DNA of 64,000 nucleotides from Myxococcota bacterium (GCA_040386535.1 JAZKFH010000037.1:91729-155728), one strand, 5' to 3'. Counted from the stretch's first letter, positions 1 to 9,778 are shown. Notes: a model not told the origin generated them from the sequence alone. Program-made: numbers and translations.

Positions 1-53
1 CTTCTTGTCGAACCGATGAGAAGGTGAATACTGTTCTCACATCAGCAAGCTAA

Positions 54-719
54 GTGGAGACAAAGCGAATGCAGCCCCTACCCTCCGCAGAACCCGAACG
101 CCTCGCGGAGCAGCTCCGGGACGCCGTCGTCGCGGGGCAGTCCCCCCGGCGCTTCGTCCGTGCCGTGCTCGCGGACGTGTGGCGTGGTGTTCACCTCGGC
201 GATTCTGCCGCCGCCGGACGCTGGCGCAACGCGATCGCCCGGTTCGGCGCGGATGCCCGCGAGCATGAGGAGGTGCGCCGGCTCGACGAGGTGCTGGAGG
301 TAGCCTGTACGTCGCTGCGGGACGGCCGCGTGGGCCCCGCGGAGCGGCGGCTGGCGTCCGATCTTCGGCCAATCCTCCAGGTTTTGTGGGAGCGCCGGGG
401 GGAGCCGCAGAGCCGCGCGGATCTCTTCCGGCTGCTTGCGGAGCAGGAACGGTGGTCCTCGGCGGGCACGCTCTCGTATCCCCTGGAGCAGCTGGCGGAC
501 GCGGAGATGGTCCTGCTCACGACGCGTACGCGCCAGGGCGGCGCGGCCACGAGGCACTACTCGTTGAGCGCGCTCGGGGTGCGCGCGTGCATGGAAGCCG
601 GGCTCGTACGCGCGGTGCAGGAGGCGCCTGTCCGAGCGAAGTCGGGCGCGATGGCGACACTGCAGCGAGCCGCCAACCAGTCGAAGTTCTTCATCGACGA
701 ATACCGCCTCCGCGCATGA
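54..719 (+). CDS. Hypothetical protein with probable C-terminal winged helix-turn-helix
   Basis: 221-aa ORF. The C-terminal segment (ADLFRLL...GTLSYPLEQLADAEMV...RHYSLSALG) resembles a PadR/MarR-like wHTH. Its stop overlaps the next ATG (ATGA, 716-719). The start may instead be ATG 69, after GGAG. Confidence 0.6.
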   Translation: METKRMQPLPSAEPERLAEQLRDAVVAGQSPRRFVRAVLADVWRGVHLGDSAAAGRWRNAIARFGADAREHEEVRRLDEVLEVACTSLRDGRVGPAERRLASDLRPILQVLWERRGEPQSRADLFRLLAEQERWSSAGTLSYPLEQLADAEMVLLTTRTRQGGAATRHYSLSALGVRACMEAGLVRAVQEAPVRAKSGAMATLQRAANQSKFFIDEYRLRA

Positions 720-2773
720 GCGTCGTCACTTTCTACTCGTTCAAGGGCGGCGTGGGCCGAACGCAGGCCGTGGCGAACACTGCCGCGGAGCTCTGCAAGC
801 GCGGTCAGCGCGTGATCATCGTCGACATGGATCTGGAGTCGCCCGGTGTCCACGCCTACTTCGGCAGCGACGAGGCGCACGCCACCGCCCCCGGCCTCCT
901 CGACTACCTCGACGCATGGCGAACCGGCGACCAGCCGCCAAACGTGGACGACTACCTCGTCGACGTGAAGGCGGGCGCCGCCAGCATCCGCGTGATGGGG
1001 CCGGGGCGCCTGGACGGCACCTACGCGCGACGCATCGCCGCCTTGTCGTGGGAGCGCTTCTACAGCGAGGAAGACGGCGACCTCGTGATGGAGCGCCTGC
1101 GCGAGGAGCTGCTTCGCCGCGCGGACACCGTGCTCCTCGACAGCCGCACGGGCATGACCGACATCGGCACCATCTGCACGTTCCACCTCCCCGACGTGGT
1201 CGTTGCGCTCTTCGCGCTGCACGGCCAAGGCATCGACGGCACCGCGCTCATCGCCAAGGCGCTCGCCGGGCGCATGGGCGAGAAGGAATCGCGTCTCGAG
1301 CGTGTCCTCCTGGTGCCATCGCGCGTCGAGGAGGCTGACGGCACCCTCGTGACGGAGTGGATCGGGCGTGCTCGCAAGGCGTTCGAGGGCTTGCCTCCCA
1401 ACATCGGCTTGCTCGCCGCGCCGGACGGGACCACGTTCCGGATTCCCTACGATCGGGACGTGGCCTATGGGGAGCACGTTGTGGTCGACACGGCGAGCGA
1501 GGGGAAGTTGGCAGGGGCGTATCGGTTCTTGGTGGGGCGGTTGGTTGGGGAGCCTGCCGTTCTGGTTGACGACGAGGCGGATCAGTGGGAGGCGGAGGCG
1601 CTCCGCTTGGCGCGCTCGGGACGCGTCGACCAAGCACAAGGGCTCATGCGGAAAGTGGTAGCTCGTCGGCGGGAAGGGGCGGAAGACGAGGAGCGGCGGG
1701 CCACGTTGGCGCGGAGCCTGCGGACCCTGGCCAACTTGTTGTCGGATGTCGGCCGGTATGCCGAAGCGATTGTGATCGGCCGTGAGGGCACGGAGCTCTG
1801 TCGCGCAATCGCGGGCGATGGCGATATCTGGATGCGGGCGGCCCTGGCGCGCGCCCTGGGCGATCTTTCTGTGGACCTGTCGCGCCTGGGACGGCGTGAG
1901 GAGGCACTCGTTGCCGCCTTAGAGGTCAGTGAGCATTTTCGGGGCTTAGCGATAGTCAGCCAAGAGCATTTTGAGTCCGACCTAACTATGAGCTTAGACA
2001 ACCTGTCGAATGTTCTCGCTGAAGTCGGTGACTATCAGCGAGCATTGGCGGCTAGCGTGGAAGCTCTGGAGCGTCATCGCGGGCTCGCCCGGAAGGATCC
2101 TGTCCACCTGGAGAGCCTCGCGACGAGCCTGAGCAACATTTCCATTCGCTTCTCGCAGCTGAACGACTCGGAGCGCGCTCTGAGCGCGATTCAGGAGTCG
2201 ATCGAGGTGCTTCGGGTGGTCGCGGCGAAGGAACCAAATCTGTTCCGTTACCAGTTGGCGACCAGTCTCAATATCTTGTCGACCCATCTGGGTCGAGCGG
2301 GACTTCGCGCCGAAGCCCTCGCGTCGGTCGAGGAATGCTTAACGTACTATCGGACTCTCGCTCATGAATTTCCGGATGTTCACGGGCGCGATCTTGCTGG
2401 TGCGCTAAATAATTTCGCGGGTTTACTGGCCGGCTTGGGCCGGTCTCAGGCGGCCCTCGCCGCCATGGAAGAGTCCATCGAAAGGCTGCGCGCGCAAACA
2501 GGAGAGCTACGGGACGCCTGCCAGCCCGACCTCGTACGCACGCTTGCGAACTACGCGGCGCTGCTAAGCAGACTAAACCGCCACGACGATGCGCGGTCCG
2601 CGGTAGAGGAGTCACTATTCCTCCTCCGCCCACTTTACGCACAGCTACCAGCGGCCTTCGCGTCGCAGGTCTCATACGCCGTCAACGCCTACCTCACCGC
2701 CTGCACCGCCCTCAACCGCCCCCCCGACGAAACCCTCCTCGCCGGCCTCCCCCGCCCGCCGCTCAAAAGTTGA
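716..2773 (+). CDS. ParA/MinD-variant (KGGVGR-motif) ATPase fused to C-terminal TPR repeats
   Basis: True start is ATG 716 (MSVVTFYSFKGGVGRT), with motifs VDMDLESPG, LLDSRTG and RIPY. These are followed by about 7 TPR-like units of about 45 aa (LAxSLxNL...GR..EAL...EE). Confidence 0.85.
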   Translation: MSVVTFYSFKGGVGRTQAVANTAAELCKRGQRVIIVDMDLESPGVHAYFGSDEAHATAPGLLDYLDAWRTGDQPPNVDDYLVDVKAGAASIRVMGPGRLDGTYARRIAALSWERFYSEEDGDLVMERLREELLRRADTVLLDSRTGMTDIGTICTFHLPDVVVALFALHGQGIDGTALIAKALAGRMGEKESRLERVLLVPSRVEEADGTLVTEWIGRARKAFEGLPPNIGLLAAPDGTTFRIPYDRDVAYGEHVVVDTASEGKLAGAYRFLVGRLVGEPAVLVDDEADQWEAEALRLARSGRVDQAQGLMRKVVARRREGAEDEERRATLARSLRTLANLLSDVGRYAEAIVIGREGTELCRAIAGDGDIWMRAALARALGDLSVDLSRLGRREEALVAALEVSEHFRGLAIVSQEHFESDLTMSLDNLSNVLAEVGDYQRALAASVEALERHRGLARKDPVHLESLATSLSNISIRFSQLNDSERALSAIQESIEVLRVVAAKEPNLFRYQLATSLNILSTHLGRAGLRAEALASVEECLTYYRTLAHEFPDVHGRDLAGALNNFAGLLAGLGRSQAALAAMEESIERLRAQTGELRDACQPDLVRTLANYAALLSRLNRHDDARSAVEESLFLLRPLYAQLPAAFASQVSYAVNAYLTACTALNRPPDETLLAGLPRPPLKS

Positions 2774-4256
2774 TCATCACCCCGATCCCAACATCCACCA
2801 CCGGCGGCTTCACCGAGATCGCATCCTCCGTCACCCCGAGGATCGGCGGCACGTCCAAGCCGAAGCGGAGCTCCCCGATCTCGCCGTAGTGGCCCGCCAC
2901 GTACGCGTTGATCGAGAGGAACGTGAGCGCGCGCACGCTGTAGTCGAGGCGCGACGTGTAGCTCTGGTCTGACAGGTTTCCGATGGTCGACACCGTGAAG
3001 CTGTGGTCGTCCCACTCGCCGGGGCCGGGGATGTACACGTAGGCGCCGGCGTAGTGGCGGCCCAGGTAGAAGGGGGTGTAGGCGTCGTTGAAGACCAGCC
3101 AGGGGTAGAGCGAGGCGTCGTCGTAGCCGGCGTCGTTGTAGAAGTACTCGGCGCCGATGGTGATGCTGTCCTCGTCGTTGTAGCGAATCGGGAACTCGAC
3201 GCCCGCGACCACCTGGGGAACCCACTCGTCCTCGCGGGTGTAGGACTCGGGGGTCTCGATCGTGAGGAAGCTGGCGGCGCCGTCGGCATCGAGGGGGCCC
3301 CAGTCGAAGGTGCCCCGGTAGAATTGGGTGTCCAGGCCGTTGCTGATCGCGGCCTCGGCCTTCAGATCGAAGATCCAAACCGCGGTCGACACCTGGGCGC
3401 CGAGGCGCGTGGGGCGGTCCTTGCCGACGCTGCCCGACACCGCCACTTCGGTGAGCCCCACGACCTGCTCCAGCCGCCACGCGCCGCCCACCTGGTCGAT
3501 GGCGTCGGCGCCCTCGATGTCGGCGAAGGCGTAGAGGTTGGTGCCGGTCTTCTCGAAGGGGATGTGCACCTTCACGAGGCCGACGCCCGTGCGCTCGTCG
3601 AAGAAGGCGAGGGGATCGAGGCGGGAGGGCTGAAGAAAATCCGTCGGGTTCCAGAAGCGCCCGGCGCCCCACTTCACGCGCTGGCGGCCCACGGTGACGA
3701 ACACCTTGCGCCCAACGTCGAAGTTGATCCACATCTGGTCGAGCAGGACCTTGGTGGGCTCGACGGGCTCGCCCAACGCGGAGGTGTCACCCGCCTGGGT
3801 GGAGAGGTTCTGCGAGAGCCGGCCCTGGACGTAGCCGCGCACCCGCTCGTTGGGCCGCGCGTCGACGAACAGGTCGAGGAAGTTGGGGCTGGAGAGCGTC
3901 ACGTCCTCGGGCTCGGCCTCCTCGGGGATCGCGGCGTTGAGCCGCAGGTAGAGCCGCCCGCCGATGGTCACGCGCTGATCGAGCGCCGCGAGCGTGTCGA
4001 AGATGCCGCCCGCACGCGACACGTCCCCGCCGGACATCAGATCGGTGTCCCGATCGCCGGTGGTCGGGGCGACGTCGGAAGCGGGCGTGTCGGGCGAGGG
4101 CGCGGGTCGCTCCGAGGGGGCACCAAAAATGTCATCGTCACGGTCTTCGGGCGGCGCCTCGGGCGGCGGATCCGCCGGTGCCTCCGCCGGAGGATCCGTC
4201 GGCGGCGCGTCCTCCGCGTACACCCAACTCGACAAGCCGAGTACGAGCGCGATCAT
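2763..4256 (-). CDS. Putative outer-membrane beta-barrel protein of the ABC/LolA-like operon
   Basis: Start MIALVLGLSSWVYA at an ATGA overlap with the upstream gene. Pro/Asp-rich linker, motif TVGRQRVKWGAGRFWNPTDF, alternating beta-strand pattern, C-terminal Phe. Confidence 0.75.
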   Translation of the reverse strand: MIALVLGLSSWVYAEDAPPTDPPAEAPADPPPEAPPEDRDDDIFGAPSERPAPSPDTPASDVAPTTGDRDTDLMSGGDVSRAGGIFDTLAALDQRVTIGGRLYLRLNAAIPEEAEPEDVTLSSPNFLDLFVDARPNERVRGYVQGRLSQNLSTQAGDTSALGEPVEPTKVLLDQMWINFDVGRKVFVTVGRQRVKWGAGRFWNPTDFLQPSRLDPLAFFDERTGVGLVKVHIPFEKTGTNLYAFADIEGADAIDQVGGAWRLEQVVGLTEVAVSGSVGKDRPTRLGAQVSTAVWIFDLKAEAAISNGLDTQFYRGTFDWGPLDADGAASFLTIETPESYTREDEWVPQVVAGVEFPIRYNDEDSITIGAEYFYNDAGYDDASLYPWLVFNDAYTPFYLGRHYAGAYVYIPGPGEWDDHSFTVSTIGNLSDQSYTSRLDYSVRALTFLSINAYVAGHYGEIGELRFGLDVPPILGVTEDAISVKPPVVDVGIGVMINF

Positions 4257-5074
4257 CGGCTCTTGCTCTCGAGCCAGGCCTTGGTGAAGATGCTGTCGTC
4301 CAGGCTGTTCAAGTCCACGCTCTGCATCACGATGGTCGTCGTGTTGCCCTTCTCCACCTCGTCGAAGATGCGGATCTCCTTCGGGGTGTACACGTCCGCC
4401 TTCTTCGAGGGCGAGAACTGCTTGTTCCACTCGGGGTAGTAGGTCGTGCGCATGAGCCGGCCCGAGAGCGCGAAGTCCTGGCGCTTGAGGATGTTGGTCG
4501 TGCCCTGGTCCAACCACAGCTCGACCACCGGATAGGAGACGTCGAAGCCGGTGTTGGCGGTGAGCTTGAGGTGGTTCACCTTGTACTTGCCGAGGGTCTC
4601 CTCCGCGACGAACGTGGCGGTGTACTCCTCGGCCAGCCGCGACTCGTCGAAGTCGGCGCGTTGGGAGTCGGTCCCGCCGATGCGCTCCCGCTCGGTGCGG
4701 CGCTCCCACCGGCCCACGGAGGGGTCGTACATGAACAGGTTCTTGTCCACCCGCAGGTAGCCCTTGCCGGCCTCGCTCTGGGGCTTCAGGAACATGATGA
4801 CGAGCTTGTCCGTCTCGTCGCGGCGGTACACCACGGCCTGGTACACCAGATCCGACTTGTCCTTCTCCTTCTGCTCGATGTACACGAGCGACTTGTAGTC
4901 GCCGCTGTTGCGCTGCCGATCGTCGACCGTCTGGAGCATCTTCACGAGCTCGGCGGCGGCGGGCGCGGCGTGCGCCTCCGGGATGATCTCGGGGAGGACC
5001 GGCAGCGCGGCGAGCGTGCCCGCGGTGCCGACCACGAACCAGGCGAGGAGAGCGAGCTTGGAGGGCATCTTCAT
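4253..5074 (-). CDS. Outer-membrane lipoprotein-sorting (LolA-like) protein
   Basis: Signal peptide. Motifs FLKPQSEAGKGYL, LFMYDP and SLDDSIFTKAWLE are typical of the LolA-like family. Located in an ABC operon. Confidence 0.8.
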   Translation of the reverse strand: MKMPSKLALLAWFVVGTAGTLAALPVLPEIIPEAHAAPAAAELVKMLQTVDDRQRNSGDYKSLVYIEQKEKDKSDLVYQAVVYRRDETDKLVIMFLKPQSEAGKGYLRVDKNLFMYDPSVGRWERRTERERIGGTDSQRADFDESRLAEEYTATFVAEETLGKYKVNHLKLTANTGFDVSYPVVELWLDQGTTNILKRQDFALSGRLMRTTYYPEWNKQFSPSKKADVYTPKEIRIFDEVEKGNTTTIVMQSVDLNSLDDSIFTKAWLESKSR

Positions 5075-5099
5075 GGTTCACACTCTTCGGGGGAGGGGA

Positions 5100-6443
5100 T
5101 CATTCGGCGTGGGCCAGGGCCTTGACCGGCTGCAGCTTCGAGGCGCGGATGGCCGGCCAGAGCGCCGAGAGGCTGGTGAAGACCGTCAGGAACAGGATGG
5201 CGGTGAGCAACGATTGGGGGTGCACGGCGAGGTGCAGCTCGTTGGAGAGCAGGATGGTCCGCACCGCGTCGGAGGGCACGGGGATGCGGGCGGCGTCGAC
5301 TCCGAGGGCGATGCCCCCTCCCAACACCGCGCCGGCCACGGTGGCGCCGAGCCCGAGGAACAGCGACTCGAGCAGGAACAGGATCAGCACCTGCCGCTGC
5401 GACATGCCGATGGCGCGCATGGTGCCGACCTCGCGGGTGCGCTCCCGCACGGCGTTCCACATCGCGTTCATGATGCCGACGGCGATGATGACGACGAGGA
5501 TGAGGGTGAGGAACCAGGTGACCGTGTCGAACGCGGTGAGCACCCAGGTGAGGAACGACACCTCGTCCTGCCACCAGGTGACATCCAACTTCTGGCCGGT
5601 CCAATCCTCACCCTGCACCGCCTCGAACTTGAAGAAGAACGGGTTGGACTCGTGGTCGCGGAGCTGGAAGCCCGCGTCGATCAAGGCGCCGCTCACGACC
5701 GACATGGTCGCTTCCGACTTCTCGATGTCGTCGAGGTACACCCACAAGGCGCCGGTGGTGTCGCTGTTCAGTTGGTACAGATCGAGCACGAGCGACTTTG
5801 GAACGAACACCGAGAAGCTGGAGAGCAGTCCGAGGTCCCGCGCGATTGCGACCACCGTGGCGTCCGCCGTGTTGGACGCGCCGCTCATCGTCTCGGTCTT
5901 GATGGTGACGACATCCCCCACGCCGACGCCCAGGCGCTTGGCCTGGCCGGCGAACAGCACGATCGTGTCGTCCTCCGCGAGGCGGCGCGCGTCGCCGAAG
6001 ATCTGCTCGCTTCCGCCTTCCTTGTACTCCTTCTCCTCCGCGAGCATCAGGCGCTCGAAGAAGCGGCCCTCGTCCGCGGCGATGAGCCCGGTGAGCCCGC
6101 TCTGCACGGCGCCGGTCTCGCTGACGATCTTGCCCCAGCCGCGGTGCCGCTCGACGATGTAGTCCAGGCCCGGGGTGCTCTTCTCCACCACCTCGCGCAC
6201 CTTCGCCACACCCGTGACGATGGGGAACGCGGTGCCGGTGGTGGGCTTCCAGAACCCGGCCACGTTGACATGCCCGGCTGACATGGTCGTGGCCGAGTTG
6301 ATCAGGTTCTCGTTGATGCCGCGCGAGAGCGACATCAGCAGCACGAGGAACGTGGTGACGAGCCCGATGGCGAGCGAGAGGAGCGCCGTGCGGCGGCGCG
6401 ACTGGAACAGGTTCCGGAGCGCGATCGAGAAGAGGACGCCCAT
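5100..6443 (-). CDS. ABC transporter permease, FtsX/MacB/LolE family
   Basis: IALRNLFQSRRRTALL N-terminus, ERTREVGTMRAIGM, C-terminal PAIRASKLQPVKAL. Confidence 0.9.
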   Translation of the reverse strand: MGVLFSIALRNLFQSRRRTALLSLAIGLVTTFLVLLMSLSRGINENLINSATTMSAGHVNVAGFWKPTTGTAFPIVTGVAKVREVVEKSTPGLDYIVERHRGWGKIVSETGAVQSGLTGLIAADEGRFFERLMLAEEKEYKEGGSEQIFGDARRLAEDDTIVLFAGQAKRLGVGVGDVVTIKTETMSGASNTADATVVAIARDLGLLSSFSVFVPKSLVLDLYQLNSDTTGALWVYLDDIEKSEATMSVVSGALIDAGFQLRDHESNPFFFKFEAVQGEDWTGQKLDVTWWQDEVSFLTWVLTAFDTVTWFLTLILVVIIAVGIMNAMWNAVRERTREVGTMRAIGMSQRQVLILFLLESLFLGLGATVAGAVLGGGIALGVDAARIPVPSDAVRTILLSNELHLAVHPQSLLTAILFLTVFTSLSALWPAIRASKLQPVKALAHAE

Positions 6444-6445
6444 GG

Positions 6446-8539
6446 TTACTCCTTGGCCTGCATGGCGACGACCGGCGGAACCCGCGCGGCGAGCACCGAG
6501 GGGTACAACGTGGAGAGCGCGCTGATCGCGAGGATGCTGACCATCCCGAAGGCGATGTTGGTCGCGGTGAACACCGGATAGAGGCGCGGCCCCGCGAAGA
6601 GCAGGACCAGGGCGTCCGCCACGGCGGGCACGCCGACATGGTTGAGCCAGGTGATGAACAGGGCGCCGGCCCCCGCGCCGAGGCCGCCGGCGATGGCGCC
6701 GAGCAGCATGGTCTCGACGAGGAACAACAGGATGACGAAGCCGCGCTGTGCCCCGATGGCGCGCATGGTGCCGATCTCGGTGGTGCGCTCCATCGTCGCC
6801 ATCACCATGGTGTTGTTGATGATGACCAGGGCGACCAGGAAGATGATGAAGATGGCGGTGTAGAGCACCACCTGGAGCACCATCACCAGCTGACCGACGA
6901 TGCCGGACGCGCTCTGCCAATCCACCGCCTGCACGGCTAGCCCCTTGTCCTTGGCGCTCGCCGTGATCTTCTCGATCATGGCGGGCACGTCGTCCGGGTT
7001 GTCCAGGATGACGGCGGCGGTGAGCGCGAGGCCGTCCTCCATCTGGGCGGTGGTGTAGGTCGTGGTGTCCAGCGTGCCCGCGGTGGCCGCGGCGCCGAGC
7101 TGCACGCCGGCGAACTCGTCGAAGCCCGCGCCCGCGGTGGTGGTCTCCGCCTCGAGCGAGCCGCCGCCGCCGAACAGCGCGTCCTCCGCGTTGTCACGGG
7201 TGACACTCTTGACGCCCGACGAGGCCTTGATGTCGGCGAGCTCGTTCAGTTGGTCGTCCGTCATCTTCCCGTAGAGGGAGCGGAACGTGAGCATGTCGAC
7301 GAGGTTGTTGGCGCCGGCCAGGTCGCTGGTCTCCAGGCCGGAGAACTCGAAGGTGCCGTACACCTTGACGTTCACGGCGCGGATGTAGCCGCTCTTGGTG
7401 AACGACCGGAGGGTCACCTCCTCGCCGATGGGGATCTCGTACAGGCGCACCCGCGGCGCGATCTCCTGGTAGAACCAGGTGTACCGGTCGGCGAAGGTGC
7501 TGTCGTCCATCTTGAGGAAGGATTGGAGGAGCACCGCGAGGTCGGGCTCGGTGGAGCCGAGCTTGGCCCGCAACAGATCCGCCACGATCGTGGCGTCCTT
7601 CGGGGAGAGCTGGAATTGGATCCGTTGGTACTGGGTGGCCGTGCGGGCGACCAACTCGGACACCACCGCGTCGGTCGCGATGGTCTTGCCCTGGTCCAGC
7701 GCCTTCTTCACCTTGTCGAGCTCGCGCGCGACGAAGTTCTTGGCCTGCTTCTCGTAGAACGCCTTCGAGAGCAGCACCCCGCGCTGTCCGGGGGGGACGA
7801 GCTGGCCGTCCACGAGGCGGAAGCGGTCGAAGTTCTGGGGGAAGGTGTCGAGGTTGGTGCCGATGGTGCGCAGGTAGAGCATCCGGCCGTCGGCCGCGAT
7901 GGGCGCCACCTTGTTGTCCAACCAATCGAGCGTGCCGACCGGGTCGGCGGCGAGCGCCTCGGCGAAGCCGGGGGCGGTCACGCGGTCGAGCGCGTCGAGG
8001 TTGGCCTGCGCCTTCTCCGGCTCCGCGGTGGTCGTGGCGGCCATCGCCACGTCCTTGCGCATGCGCCCGGCGATCTGCACGAGCTGCTGGGTGCGCATGC
8101 GCGTCCCGTCGGCGTCGCCGTCTCGCGTCGCGTTGCGCAGATCGCCGAGGACGCGGTCGATCTCCGTGCCGCCGAACACGGTAGCGGTGGCGATGCCCAT
8201 CGGGGTCACCGACTTGACGCCGTCGATGTCCATGAGCGCCTGGCGCAAGGGCTTGAACTCGTCGATCTCCCCGTAGTCGGGCGTGCTCATGCCCATGCTG
8301 CCGAACAGGGCGAGGGGGTCCTCCGCCTCGGAGGAGTACACCTGGATGTTCCCCGACAGGCTGGACGTGATGCTCTTCTCCATCGAGCCACGGATGCTGT
8401 CGAGCATCGACGTGCCACTCACGACGAGGAAGGTGCCGAAGAACATGATCAGGCCGACCACGCCGGACTTGACGCGGTGAACCACGAGGTTGCGGAGCGC
8501 CATCCGCAACAGGACGCCGAGCGCGGCCGCCCCGTTCAT
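6446..8539 (-). CDS. ABC transporter permease, FtsX/MacB/LolE family, with a very large periplasmic domain
   Basis: MALRNLVVHRVKS, ERTTEIGTMRAIGA, PSVLAARVPPVVAM. 697 aa. ATGA overlap with the ATPase gene. Confidence 0.9.
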   Translation of the reverse strand: MNGAAALGVLLRMALRNLVVHRVKSGVVGLIMFFGTFLVVSGTSMLDSIRGSMEKSITSSLSGNIQVYSSEAEDPLALFGSMGMSTPDYGEIDEFKPLRQALMDIDGVKSVTPMGIATATVFGGTEIDRVLGDLRNATRDGDADGTRMRTQQLVQIAGRMRKDVAMAATTTAEPEKAQANLDALDRVTAPGFAEALAADPVGTLDWLDNKVAPIAADGRMLYLRTIGTNLDTFPQNFDRFRLVDGQLVPPGQRGVLLSKAFYEKQAKNFVARELDKVKKALDQGKTIATDAVVSELVARTATQYQRIQFQLSPKDATIVADLLRAKLGSTEPDLAVLLQSFLKMDDSTFADRYTWFYQEIAPRVRLYEIPIGEEVTLRSFTKSGYIRAVNVKVYGTFEFSGLETSDLAGANNLVDMLTFRSLYGKMTDDQLNELADIKASSGVKSVTRDNAEDALFGGGGSLEAETTTAGAGFDEFAGVQLGAAATAGTLDTTTYTTAQMEDGLALTAAVILDNPDDVPAMIEKITASAKDKGLAVQAVDWQSASGIVGQLVMVLQVVLYTAIFIIFLVALVIINNTMVMATMERTTEIGTMRAIGAQRGFVILLFLVETMLLGAIAGGLGAGAGALFITWLNHVGVPAVADALVLLFAGPRLYPVFTATNIAFGMVSILAISALSTLYPSVLAARVPPVVAMQAKE

Positions 8540-9288
8540 GCGTGCACCCCGCCCCCGCCATCCGGCGACGACCCCTCGGGCAGCGCCGCGCCGCGCGACG
8601 CGGAGAGCCCCGCGGCGTCGAGCATCCCGTCGAGGATGCGCACCACGCGGTCGGCGCGGCTCATCACCTTCTCGTCGTGGGTGGAGAAGATGAACGTGGT
8701 GTGGTCGGTGCGGTTGATCTCCCGCATCAGCTCGATGATCTGGTTGCCGGTCACCGAGTCGAGGTTGGCCGTCGGCTCGTCGGCGAGGACGATCGCGGGC
8801 CGGGTGACGAGCGCGCGGGCGATCGCGACGCGCTGGCGCTGACCGCCGGAGAGCTCGTTCGGCCGCTGGCCGGCGAACTGGCGCAGGCCGACCTTCTCGA
8901 TCACGTCGTCCACGCGGGCGGTGCGCTCGGCCTTGCTCAGGCCGCCCTGCAGGAGCAGGGGGAACTCGACGTTCTGCTTGATGTCGAGCACGTTGATCAG
9001 GTTGAAGCTTTGGAAGATGAACCCGATGCTGTTCAGCCGCAGGGCGGTGAGCTGCTTGTCGGTGAGGCTGCCGGTCGACTTGTTGTCGACCCACACCTCG
9101 CCCGCCGTCGCCACGTCGATGCACCCGATGAGGTTCAGGAGCGTGGTCTTGCCGCTGCCGGAGGGCCCGGCGATGACGGTGAACTCGCCCTTGTCGATCG
9201 TCAGGTTGACCTTGCGCAACGCGTGCACGGTGACCTTCCCGAGCGGGTAGTCCTTCACGACGTCGACGATACGAACGATCCCGCTCAT
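8536..9288 (-). CDS. ABC transporter ATP-binding protein (LolD/MacB-like)
   Basis: Walker A GPSGSGKTT, signature LSGGQRQR, Walker B IVLADEPT, H-loop STHD. ATGA overlap with marR. Confidence 0.95.
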   Translation of the reverse strand: MSGIVRIVDVVKDYPLGKVTVHALRKVNLTIDKGEFTVIAGPSGSGKTTLLNLIGCIDVATAGEVWVDNKSTGSLTDKQLTALRLNSIGFIFQSFNLINVLDIKQNVEFPLLLQGGLSKAERTARVDDVIEKVGLRQFAGQRPNELSGGQRQRVAIARALVTRPAIVLADEPTANLDSVTGNQIIELMREINRTDHTTFIFSTHDEKVMSRADRVVRILDGMLDAAGLSASRGAALPEGSSPDGGGGVHA

Positions 9289-9752
9289 GACGAGCCTCCG
9301 GTCTTCAATTGGGTGATCACTTGTTCGAAGGCGTCGGCCAGCCGTGCCCGTGTCTCCGGGTCGACCTTGCCGAACGCCACCTGCAATTCGTGCGCGCGTT
9401 GCTCCGCCATCTGGTCGAGCATCTCGAGCGCGGCGGGAGTGACCTCGAGCTGGCGCTGACGCCGATCGTCCGCGTTCTCCCGCCGGGTGACCCAGCCCTT
9501 CTCGACCAGCCGCTCGACGAGGTGGCTCGTGGCGCTGGCGGACAGACGCAGATCGTCCATGAGGCGAAGCGTCGAGAACGGCCCCTCGTAGCGGAGAACC
9601 TGCAGCGCCACCATCTGCGGGAGGGTGAGCTGATGCGTGTTCATCATCTCGAGCGTGCCCGCGCCCGCGGCCTTGTTGATGAGGCCCATGAGCTGGTGCA
9701 GCATCCCGCCGAGGCGGGCGATCTCGTGTTCGTGCGTGTGCGGCGAGGACAT
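9285..9752 (-). CDS. MarR family transcriptional regulator
   Basis: LTLPQMVALQVL...SATSHLVERLVEKGWVTR...DRRQRQLEVT. Confidence 0.92.
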   Translation of the reverse strand: MSSPHTHEHEIARLGGMLHQLMGLINKAAGAGTLEMMNTHQLTLPQMVALQVLRYEGPFSTLRLMDDLRLSASATSHLVERLVEKGWVTRRENADDRRQRQLEVTPAALEMLDQMAEQRAHELQVAFGKVDPETRARLADAFEQVITQLKTGGSS

Positions 9753-9778
9753 GGAGCCTGGGACTATCCGATAGGCAG

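Noticed and set aside
386..715. N-terminal extensions in the ORF track (for example 386, 5081, 6920, 9124, 9933, 16774, 27893, 30133, 35722)
   Set aside because: The Arg/Gly/Pro-rich read-through overlaps real upstream genes. True starts are marked by ATGA/GTGA overlaps, SD sites or signal peptides.
716..1500. Chromosome or plasmid partitioning parA
   Set aside because: The Walker A motif is the KGGVGR variant, the domain is fused to TPRs, and there is no parB/parS.
1600..2700. Diversity-generating retroelement target in the TPR block
   Set aside because: No reverse transcriptase and no template/variable repeat pair is visible in the window.
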